Positions 37,469 through 45,470 of a DNA stretch of 64,000 nt are shown here, piece by piece (positions within the stretch are counted from its first letter, which is position 1; every line of letters begins with the position of its first letter). Below the pieces are notes generated by a model. The model was not told the DNA's origin. It searched no databases and was given only the letters and a program-made list of their open reading frames with translations. The stretch is taken from the NCBI GenBank assembly GCA_964477745.1, contig CAYZEI010000001.1:393-64392 (forward strand), given 5' to 3'. The position numbers and the translations under genes were made by a program. The DNA comes from an uncultured Candidatus Saccharibacteria bacterium. Its GTDB lineage: Bacteria > Patescibacteriota > Doudnabacteria > UBA920.

Positions 37469-38965
37469 ATGAATGAACCCACCCCTAACAGCAAACTCCC
37501 TCATACAAGCGGAAAAAACTTTGATTCTATCAATTCAAAGCCCCACCTAAAAATTGCACCTAAAATTACGGTATCATCTTCACCACTTCCGCCGGTTTCA
37601 AAAACACCGGCTCAACTTAATTATTTAACCGCTCGGGGTAATCGGGGAAAAAAATCTTTTGTAAAAAAAGCCCTAATTATCATTGGGCTGATTATTTTGG
37701 TATTACTTGGAGCCATAACTTTACGGGCAGCAAACCTTTCCGACAAAATTTTTGTAGGGACCAAAACCACTTTTTTTGAGAAAGTTCGTGACTTTATTCG
37801 TGGTGGTGGGGACAATGCCAAACTGGAAGGTGAAGATTTAGGCCAAATTAATATTTTACTGCTCGGCATTGGAGGAGAAGGCCATGACGGACCATATCTT
37901 TCCGACACTATGATCTTGGCGGAAATCCGACCTGACCTTGGCCAAGTTTCGCTTGTCTCAATTCCGCGAGATTATTTAACCACCTTACCAAAAAATTTCG
38001 GCGACAGAAAAATTAACGCTGCCTTTGCCGAAGGCTACAACCTGCACAAAGACTGGGACGAAGGGGGTTTATGGGCCAGACAAGCGGTAGAAAAATTGTC
38101 CGGACAAAAAATTCCTTATTTTGCGGTTATTGATTTTGCCGGATTTGAAAAAGCCATTGACCAAGTTGGTGGCGTTGATATTCAAATTGACCGAACATTT
38201 ACCGACTACAGCTACCCGGACAGCAACCTTGGATATTTGGCGCCGATTACTTTTACCCAAGGACTTGAACACATGAACAGCGTTAGAGCTTTGCAGTTTT
38301 CCCGCTCTCGTCATGCAGCCGGTCCCGAAGGCTCGGATTTTTCCCGCTCCACTCGACAACAAAAAATTATATCCGCGTTTAAAGCCAAGGTGCTGAGTTT
38401 AAATTTAATTTCCAATGCAACCACAATAAATTCTTTACTGGATACTTTTGCCAATCATTTTCATACCAACATTACCCCGGGCGGGATGTTCCATTTATTT
38501 AATCTAATAAAAGAAAATAATGTTAATTCCTTTATTTCCTTAAGCCTTGACCCGTCCACCTCCTTAGTCTGTCCGAAAATTATGGAAGACACCGGAGCTT
38601 ATGTTCTCATTCCCTGTGAAGGAAAAAGCGAAATCGACATTAAAAACTTTTTCAAAAATGTTTTTTCCTTAGGGAAAATGGTGGAAGAAAAAAGTGTAAT
38701 TTGGCTGAGCAGTTCTTCCGGTAACCGCACCGCCTACCAAAAGGCCGATCAAAAACTCAAAGAAGCCGGACTAACGGTTTGGGAATTAACTTACAAAGGT
38801 GAACCGCTTGCCAAAAATATTTTCTACCAAGTTAATCCGAAAAACGCTACCGCGGAATTTATAAAATCGAACCTTTCAGCGACAGAAGTAACTCTGCCCC
38901 CACCGGGCGTAAATATTAATAAAGACAAAGTAGATGTAATAGTAATTTTGGGGGCAGATAATTAA
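37469..38965 (+). CDS. LytR-CpsA-Psr (LCP) family cell-envelope polymer transferase
   Basis: N-terminal TM. LLLGIGGEG....DTMILAEIRP....VSLVSIPRD LCP core. Confidence 0.8.
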   Translation: MNEPTPNSKLPHTSGKNFDSINSKPHLKIAPKITVSSSPLPPVSKTPAQLNYLTARGNRGKKSFVKKALIIIGLIILVLLGAITLRAANLSDKIFVGTKTTFFEKVRDFIRGGGDNAKLEGEDLGQINILLLGIGGEGHDGPYLSDTMILAEIRPDLGQVSLVSIPRDYLTTLPKNFGDRKINAAFAEGYNLHKDWDEGGLWARQAVEKLSGQKIPYFAVIDFAGFEKAIDQVGGVDIQIDRTFTDYSYPDSNLGYLAPITFTQGLEHMNSVRALQFSRSRHAAGPEGSDFSRSTRQQKIISAFKAKVLSLNLISNATTINSLLDTFANHFHTNITPGGMFHLFNLIKENNVNSFISLSLDPSTSLVCPKIMEDTGAYVLIPCEGKSEIDIKNFFKNVFSLGKMVEEKSVIWLSSSSGNRTAYQKADQKLKEAGLTVWELTYKGEPLAKNIFYQVNPKNATAEFIKSNLSATEVTLPPPGVNINKDKVDVIVILGADN

Positions 38966-39082
38966 AATCCAAAATCCAAAGACCAATTTTGATATTTGAA
39001 TTTCATTGGAAATTTGAAATTAGAAATTTGGCATTAAATTATAATCCATACTTAATAACCCAATCAACTAACCCGTATATCC

Positions 39083-40486
39083 ATGAACAAAAAAAACTCT
39101 CTCCCCTTAGTTGCCATTGTCGGCCAACCGAATGCCGGCAAATCCACCTTGCTGAATAAAATTTCCGGTCGGCAATCTGCCATTACATCGGAACTTGCCG
39201 GTACCACCCGTGACCGCCAATACATAGACACCGCCTGGAACGGCGTGGAGTTTACTTTGGTGGACACTGCGGGTCTCGCCTTGGATGGCGACCAAGCCTT
39301 AGAACTTAGCCTACTAAAACAAATTGATATTGCCGTAGAGCAAGCCGACGTGGTTATGTTCATTGCCGACGGCAAAGAACCCGTAGGCGCGGTTAACAAG
39401 CAAGCGTTAAAAAAATTCCGCAACAGCAAAAAACCCATGCTGTTGGTGGTAAACAAATTGGATTCCCCGAAAACTCGAGACGAAAAAGTCGGGCCCTTTA
39501 CCCGCCTTGGTATAAAACCAATCTTTGCCGTTTCCGCGGTTAGCGGTTTGGGTATGGGTGATATGCTGGACTTTGTCGTGGAAGCCGCAGCCAAAGCTTA
39601 CCCGCAAAAAGAAAAAGACGAAAATGCAGTTGCCGCGCCGATGCCGATTGCCGTATCCATTGTCGGTAAACCGAATGTGGGCAAGAGCAGTATTTTTAAT
39701 GCCATCTTAAAAGAAGAACGCGTGGTCGTATCCCCCATTCCCGGCACCACCCGCACAGCGATTGATAGTGAAATCCAAATTGACGGGGTAGATTATACCT
39801 TTATTGATACCGCCGGTTTAAAGAAAAAAGAACACCGCCAAGCTAGGCCGGATATTTTTGCCGGCTTTCAAACCTTTAAAGCCATTCGCCGAAGCGACAT
39901 TTGTTTTTTTGTTATTGATGCCAATGAAGAAATTACCAAACAAGATCAACGCGTGGCCAATGAGATTTTTGCCATGGACAAAGGTTGTATTATTTTGGTA
40001 AATAAAATGGATAAATATACCAAGGACAACCGCGGAAAAAAAGGCGGAAATTTTGACGACCGGAGCAAAAGCGATGACCAGTACCAAACTCTGCGCGATT
40101 ATATTTCCCACCACTTCTCCTTTTTGTGGATGTGTCCGGCGTTCTTTGTTTCCGCCACCACCGGCGAAGGTTTGGAGGAAGCGCTTTCGGCTATAAAAAA
40201 GATTTTTGAAGACCGTCATAAAGTAATTGACGACGAAACGCTAAAAACTTTCTTGGCCAAAAAAATGAAAATCAATCCGCCGAAACTGCTTCGTGACCAA
40301 AGAGAACCTAAAGTTTATGCTTTGCGCCAACTAGATACTAACCCACCGCTGTTTGAACTATACGTTAATCGCCCCGGCGCTATATCCACCCAATTCCGCA
40401 AATTTTTAGAAAACGCCATTATAAAAGACTTAGACTTCTGGGGTTCCCCAATAACCTTAAAACTCCGGGGTAAAGACAAGACGTAA
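39083..40486 (+). CDS. der: GTPase Der (EngA), tandem GTP-binding domains + KH-like domain
   Basis: Two P-loops GQPNAGKSTL and GKPNVGKSSI, each followed by DTAG and NKxD motifs. Confidence 0.9.
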   Translation: MNKKNSLPLVAIVGQPNAGKSTLLNKISGRQSAITSELAGTTRDRQYIDTAWNGVEFTLVDTAGLALDGDQALELSLLKQIDIAVEQADVVMFIADGKEPVGAVNKQALKKFRNSKKPMLLVVNKLDSPKTRDEKVGPFTRLGIKPIFAVSAVSGLGMGDMLDFVVEAAAKAYPQKEKDENAVAAPMPIAVSIVGKPNVGKSSIFNAILKEERVVVSPIPGTTRTAIDSEIQIDGVDYTFIDTAGLKKKEHRQARPDIFAGFQTFKAIRRSDICFFVIDANEEITKQDQRVANEIFAMDKGCIILVNKMDKYTKDNRGKKGGNFDDRSKSDDQYQTLRDYISHHFSFLWMCPAFFVSATTGEGLEEALSAIKKIFEDRHKVIDDETLKTFLAKKMKINPPKLLRDQREPKVYALRQLDTNPPLFELYVNRPGAISTQFRKFLENAIIKDLDFWGSPITLKLRGKDKT

Positions 40487-40565
40487 GGTAGCTGTTAGCT
40501 TATAGCTTTTGGCTTATAGGATATAACAATAGACCGCTTAGGCGGTTTTTTGTTATACTATCTGC

Positions 40566-41105
40566 ATGAAGTTAATTATCGGTCTAGGCAATCCGGGAAC
40601 GAAATATTCTGCCACTCGCCACAACGCGGGGTTTTTAGCCATAGATTATTTTTTAAAAAATATTCAGGCCATAAACTGCCAAAGCAGTTTTCAGGCGCAA
40701 ATTTGCGAATTGCATTTTGGCGCGCAAAAAGTCTTCTTTGTTAAACCGCAAACTTTTATGAACCTGTCCGGGGAAGCGGTAAGAGCTATTGGGGATTTTT
40801 ACAAAATAAATTACTCAACCGACTTGCTGGTAATTCATGACGATGTTGATTTACCGTTTGGGGAAATCAAAAATACTACCTCGTCTTCTGCCGCCGGGCA
40901 CAATGGAGTACAAAATATTATTGATTTACTGGGAACTAAAGACTTTCACCGCATCCGTCTGGGAGTGGAAAATCGCCTCGACAAAAAAATCCCGCCCACC
41001 GAAGCTTTTGTGTTGCAAAACTTTAATGCAGAAGAGATTACCAAACTTGAAGCCGAAGTACTTCCCGAAGTTAAATTGGCTATTGAAAAATTTATTGGCA
41101 AATAA
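40566..41105 (+). CDS. pth: Peptidyl-tRNA hydrolase
   Basis: MKLIIGLGNPGTKYSATRHNAGF... canonical Pth N-terminus. Confidence 0.9.
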   Translation: MKLIIGLGNPGTKYSATRHNAGFLAIDYFLKNIQAINCQSSFQAQICELHFGAQKVFFVKPQTFMNLSGEAVRAIGDFYKINYSTDLLVIHDDVDLPFGEIKNTTSSSAAGHNGVQNIIDLLGTKDFHRIRLGVENRLDKKIPPTEAFVLQNFNAEEITKLEAEVLPEVKLAIEKFIGK

Positions 41106-41132
41106 AAAACCGCACTAGTGCGGTTTTTTATT
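41104..41132 (+). terminator. Rho-independent terminator after pth (AACCGCAC-TAG-TGCGGTT + T-run)
   Basis: Seen directly. Confidence 0.65.
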
Positions 41133-41338
41133 TACATTCATTACCCTACCTGCAAGTGAAAGGTAGCAAACAATCGTCTACAAACCTTTACTTGATGTTC
41201 GAACCAGTAATAGGAGGGATGATACTAGTTCTTACGACTTGCAAATAGGGCAACAAATATAAATAGATACTTAAATATTATTATACTCCTTATTGGCCAT
41301 TTTGTCAAGGGTAAAGCCAAAAAACCCTTTAAAACCTT

Positions 41339-42436
41339 ATGTTTTTAGACGATTCCCTTTATTTGCACGGGTTAAATTTAATGCCCCAATTTGGACCGGC
41401 CCGCCTTTTGCAAATTACCAAAAATATTAAAACTTTTCAAGAAGCCTTTTTCTTAAAGAAAGATGCCTTGCTCAAGTTAGGCCTGGATGAAAAGTTAGCC
41501 GATGATTTTTTGACCCTGAGACAAAAAATTAACTTAGAACAAGAAGCCGAGCGACTAAATAAGGAACAAATTAAGCTGTTAACATTTCGGGATATTAATT
41601 ACCCCAAACTTCTGTTACAAATTCCCAAGAACCCCCCGCTCCTCTACTTTAAAGGGGCAATGACTGAACCGGAAGAATTATGCATTGCCGTAGTTGGCAC
41701 ACGCCAAATCACCGGTTACGGCCGGGTGGTCGTTCCCCAGTTAGTAGAACCACTGGTTGATGCCGGTGCCGTAATTGTCTCCGGGATGGCTTTTGGCGTA
41801 GACTCCACGGCGCATGAAATTGCGGTCAAAAAGAATCGACGGACTATTGCAGTGCTTGGTGGCGGTTTAGATGAAAAAAGTTTATACCCCAAGCATCATG
41901 CTTTACTGGCCCAGCAGATTCTTCATGCCGGCGGAGCACTCTTAAGTGAATACCCAATTGGCACGCCAAACTTTAAGCAAAACTTTGTAGCACGCAACCG
42001 AATTATTTCCGGGCTATCTGTGGCCACTTTGGTAGTAGAGTGTGATTTAAAAAGTGGCACACTAATTACAGCCAACCACGCGCTGGACCAAAACCGCACC
42101 TTGTTTGCAGTTCCCGGTCCCGTATATTCCCCGCAAAGCCAAGGACCGAATAATCTGTTAAAAATGGGTGCCAAGCCGGCAACCACCGCAGCGGATATTT
42201 TAAACGATTTAAATTTACAAACCTTGCCCGAACAAAAACAAACCTCGGCAAGCTTTGGCGATACCAAAGAAGAAACAGTACTCCTCAAACTTTTAAGTTT
42301 TGAACCAATAATTATAAACGAACTTATAAAACAATCGGGCTTAGAGGCGGGTGCAGTAATTACCGCCTTGACTTTTTTGGAAATGAAAGGGAAGATAAGG
42401 AATATGGGAGGACAACAGTACATTTTATCCCGCTAG
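41339..42436 (+). CDS. dprA: DNA-processing protein DprA (Smf)
   Basis: Rossmann-like DprA core (VVSGMAFGVDSTAHE...VLGGGLD...VVECDLKSGTLITANHALDQNRTLFAVPG). Confidence 0.85.
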   Translation: MFLDDSLYLHGLNLMPQFGPARLLQITKNIKTFQEAFFLKKDALLKLGLDEKLADDFLTLRQKINLEQEAERLNKEQIKLLTFRDINYPKLLLQIPKNPPLLYFKGAMTEPEELCIAVVGTRQITGYGRVVVPQLVEPLVDAGAVIVSGMAFGVDSTAHEIAVKKNRRTIAVLGGGLDEKSLYPKHHALLAQQILHAGGALLSEYPIGTPNFKQNFVARNRIISGLSVATLVVECDLKSGTLITANHALDQNRTLFAVPGPVYSPQSQGPNNLLKMGAKPATTAADILNDLNLQTLPEQKQTSASFGDTKEETVLLKLLSFEPIIINELIKQSGLEAGAVITALTFLEMKGKIRNMGGQQYILSR

Positions 42437-42553
42437 CGGGATAAAATAATTCCTAATATCTAATGTCTAATTTCTAATGGGTGCATCCATTAGGCATTTA
42501 TTCATTTGGGCTTGATTAGAAATTAGAAATTGAAAATTAGAAATTAATTCACT
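42437..42553. repeat. Inverted arrangement of short tandem repeats (4 x CTAATNN ... central hairpin CTAATGG-GTGCAT-CCATTAG ... 4 x ATTAGAAA/ATTGAAAA) in the dprA-capA intergenic region
   Basis: Read directly. The left array has period 7 and the right array period 8 (its complement). Family-3-like low-complexity fillers recur at 1647..1762, 12505..12639, 34428..34495 and 38966..39082. Confidence 0.7.
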
Positions 42554-43807
42554 ATGCATCGTTTAACATTAGCAAAAATTTTTATTGGTATTCTTTTTAC
42601 CCTTGGCCTTATCCTTGGGATTCTTCAGCACAATAACGATCCTTACTTTGGCTCAACCAAAACCAGCTACAACTTTGCTGCGAGCGACAAGTCTTTAAGT
42701 ACCTATTTCAAACAAGCCGAGGATCTGGCGAAAAAAACCGACACTAAAGCCAATGTGAGTTTTTTGGCGGTTGGTGATATTATGCTCAGCCGGAATGTGG
42801 CCGGGGAAATCCAAAAAGCTAAAAATATAAATTTGCCATACGAGAAGATGGCGGAAATTTTAAAATCCACAGATTTTAATTTTGGCAATTTTGAAAGCCC
42901 GTTTTATAAAATTTCCAAAAATTGCCTGGCCTCAGAAGCGGTCGGTATTATTGGCGGACACTCTCTGGTCTTTGGCTCTCCCTGTTTATATGTTAAAGGG
43001 TTAAGAGATTATAATTTTCAGATTCTTAACTTGGCAAATAATCATGCGCTTGATCAAGGACTTGTGGGCTTAAAATTTACAACCTCATTACTTTCTGACC
43101 CTAACGTCGCAATCCAACATATTGGCGTTGGAGAAAATTTGGATGATGCCTGGAAACCGGCAATTGTGGAAGCCAAGGGTATGAAGATTTGTTTTATAGG
43201 CGCATCTTACTCCTCTATAAATGATGGCGGGAAAGCCACAAATGAGTATGTGGCGCGCATTGAAGACGCTGAAAATCTTAAATCTTCAATCCTAAATCTA
43301 AAATCTAAGTGCGACTTTGTCGTGGTAACTATGCATGCGGGAACGGAATATGTACGCAAGCCGAATCAGGCGCAAATTACTTTTGCCCACGCCGCGATTG
43401 ACGCGGGGGCAGATATGATAATCGGCGCACATCCGCATTGGGTACAAACAATAGAGCGGTACGCACCAAATTGCCCCTCCCCAATTCATGGGGAGGGCGG
43501 CTCGAGTGCATCCGAGGAGCAGGAGAGTTTAAAATGTGGCGATCCAAAGTACATTTTCTACTCCTTAGGCAACTTTATTTTTGACCAAATGTGGAGCCAA
43601 GACACTCGTGAAGGCTTGACCTTAAAAATTAACCTTTCTAAAAGCATTGCCCCCAACCTGCAAGGCAATCACCAACCAGCCAAATTGGAGTCCGTGGAAT
43701 TAATTCCCATTATTATTGACAACTACTCCACTCCCCGCCCCGCAACAGAAACCGAAAGCAAAAAAATCCTGGAAAAAATTGGAGAAAAAGAAAAAATATT
43801 ATACTAA
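42554..43807 (+). CDS. CapA/PGA_cap-family metallophosphoesterase-like protein (capsule/poly-gamma-glutamate-type biosynthesis family), membrane-anchored
   Basis: N-terminal TM. LAVGDIMLSRNV..., NLANNHALD, MHAGTEY...GAHPHWVQ metallophosphatase-like motifs typical of CapA. Confidence 0.75.
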   Translation: MHRLTLAKIFIGILFTLGLILGILQHNNDPYFGSTKTSYNFAASDKSLSTYFKQAEDLAKKTDTKANVSFLAVGDIMLSRNVAGEIQKAKNINLPYEKMAEILKSTDFNFGNFESPFYKISKNCLASEAVGIIGGHSLVFGSPCLYVKGLRDYNFQILNLANNHALDQGLVGLKFTTSLLSDPNVAIQHIGVGENLDDAWKPAIVEAKGMKICFIGASYSSINDGGKATNEYVARIEDAENLKSSILNLKSKCDFVVVTMHAGTEYVRKPNQAQITFAHAAIDAGADMIIGAHPHWVQTIERYAPNCPSPIHGEGGSSASEEQESLKCGDPKYIFYSLGNFIFDQMWSQDTREGLTLKINLSKSIAPNLQGNHQPAKLESVELIPIIIDNYSTPRPATETESKKILEKIGEKEKILY

Positions 43808-43864
43808 TAAAAAATTACGGCGGTCATGGGTGTTATTCCACGACCGCCGAGCTGCCTGCGTTAT

Positions 43865-44080
43865 TCATCGAGCCGTCTTTCGCCAGCTAAAAACCCAGAA
43901 CAGGAAAGCTATCGCGCTGAACACTCCGCCGAAGAAGACGAAGTCGCCCAACGCCCTTCCTGCAAAAAAGCGCGTAGCCTCTGATGCGGTTGGGTCGAGG
44001 ACCGTGTTAACACAGGCGCGGAGTTCCCACAAAACAAAAGCGCCAAAAACTGCCGCTAACATCTTATCCCATCTGTCCAT
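43865..44080 (-). CDS. Small two-TM membrane protein (71 aa) in a GC-rich islet
   Basis: Strong RBS GGAGGTG before the ATG. Two hydrophobic helices. Local GC about 50-55% against an AT-rich background. Confidence 0.35.
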   Translation of the reverse strand: MDRWDKMLAAVFGAFVLWELRACVNTVLDPTASEATRFFAGRALGDFVFFGGVFSAIAFLFWVFSWRKTAR

Positions 44081-44110
44081 TTCATCACCTCCTTCCAGAT
44101 GAAACTTGGC

Positions 44111-44335
44111 CTAATGAGATTCGTTGCGATAAACCCGCATGAGCACCTTCAGAAGGGACAAATAGCCACCAAATGTAATCAGCAAAATAATCGGGATCGA
44201 GTATTCATCCCCCGGTTGCGGACGGGGAGAATGGAAAATACTCCATGACATTTTCCAGATGCACAGCTCCAGGATTGTCGCTACCCCTACACTCATGCCG
44301 AGAATAGCCAACGTCTCTTTCTTTGCTTTATCCAT
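44111..44335 (-). CDS. Small two-TM membrane protein (74 aa) in a GC-rich islet
   Basis: RBS AGGAGGA before the ATG. Two hydrophobic helices. Tandem with the 71-aa gene. Confidence 0.35.
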   Translation of the reverse strand: MDKAKKETLAILGMSVGVATILELCIWKMSWSIFHSPRPQPGDEYSIPIILLITFGGYLSLLKVLMRVYRNESH

Positions 44336-44462
44336 GAATCCTCCTACAAACTTTCAAGCCTTAATATATTATCTTTTTCTTACATAATTATCAACTTATG
44401 ATTTTTATGAGTAGATTTGACAATTTGAAACATCATTGCGATAATTAAATTAGGCTTAATGA

Positions 44463-45470
44463 TTGTCGAATTATTTTATGTATTTTAACGAGTGGAATAA
44501 AGAAGAAATAAATAAGTTAAAAAAACTTTACCCTATTATGCGCGTCAAAGACTTGACCAAATTCTTTCCTAAACGAAATAGGTATACAATAGCGGCCAAA
44601 GCACTTGCGTTAAAGCTGCCATCAGCAAAACTATGGCAGGATGAGCAAAACAAACAACTCCAAGAAAAATTTGCTAAATCTTCTAAAGAAGAACTACTAA
44701 AATTATTTCCCAATCGCACCTGGTTGGCAATTGTAGCTCAAGGGGAGAGATTAGGTATAGAAAGAAATAGAAACAAACCAAGGCTTAGAGTGAATGAAGA
44801 CTATTTTAAAAAATGGTCTCCAAATATGGCTTATGTTCTTGGTTTTATATTGTCAGATGGCTGTATTATTAAGGGAAGCCATAAAGGATATAGTGACGCC
44901 TTAAAATTCGGGGTGCAGTTAAAAGACATTGATATTCTGGAAAAAATCAAAAAGCAGTTATCATCAGCTCATTCTATATCAGTAGTCAGAAATGCCGCCT
45001 ATTTATCCATCTCCAGTCAAAAATTAGTAAATTGTCTCAAAACTTTAGGAATAACATATAAAAAAAGTTTAAAGGAGACTGTCCCACGCGTCCCTAAAAA
45101 ATACGTAAAAGATTTTGTTCGCGGGTTAATTGATGGCGATGGTGGAATTTCTATTGATTCTAATAACTACCCCACCTTAAGATTTTATGGAGGAATTAAT
45201 ACTGTAAACTTTGTCAGAAACTACTTTTGGAATAAATTTAAAGCACTCTCAAAGATTGGTAAAAAACAATCCAAGCTTGCACCAAAAATTTATCTCTGCT
45301 ATATTGCATATCGTACAAATACTGCAAAAAAGTTAATTGACCATTTGTATAAGGGTGCTGAAATATTTTTAGACAGGAAGTATAATCTTGCCTTACGGTG
45401 CGAACACATTCAAATTAGAAAAAGAAGTAACCCATCAGTCACTTATGAAAAAACAATTAATTATCGTTGA
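44463..45470 (+). CDS. Free-standing double-motif LAGLIDADG homing endonuclease with N-terminal tandem helix-turn-helix-like repeats
   Basis: LAGLIDADG motifs AYVLGFILSDGCI and FVRGLIDGDGGI about 100 aa apart. The N-terminus has two repeated modules (W..E....L..L.P.......L...FP.R.), each about 40 aa. Its 3' end overlaps the topA start by 26 bp. Confidence 0.8.
   Translation: MSNYFMYFNEWNKEEINKLKKLYPIMRVKDLTKFFPKRNRYTIAAKALALKLPSAKLWQDEQNKQLQEKFAKSSKEELLKLFPNRTWLAIVAQGERLGIERNRNKPRLRVNEDYFKKWSPNMAYVLGFILSDGCIIKGSHKGYSDALKFGVQLKDIDILEKIKKQLSSAHSISVVRNAAYLSISSQKLVNCLKTLGITYKKSLKETVPRVPKKYVKDFVRGLIDGDGGISIDSNNYPTLRFYGGINTVNFVRNYFWNKFKALSKIGKKQSKLAPKIYLCYIAYRTNTAKKLIDHLYKGAEIFLDRKYNLALRCEHIQIRKRSNPSVTYEKTINYR

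Noticed and set aside
43716-44102. 128-aa plus-strand ORF overlapping the capA 3' end
   Set aside because: Basic low-complexity product. The opposite strand encodes two small membrane proteins with strong RBSs, which is the better explanation.
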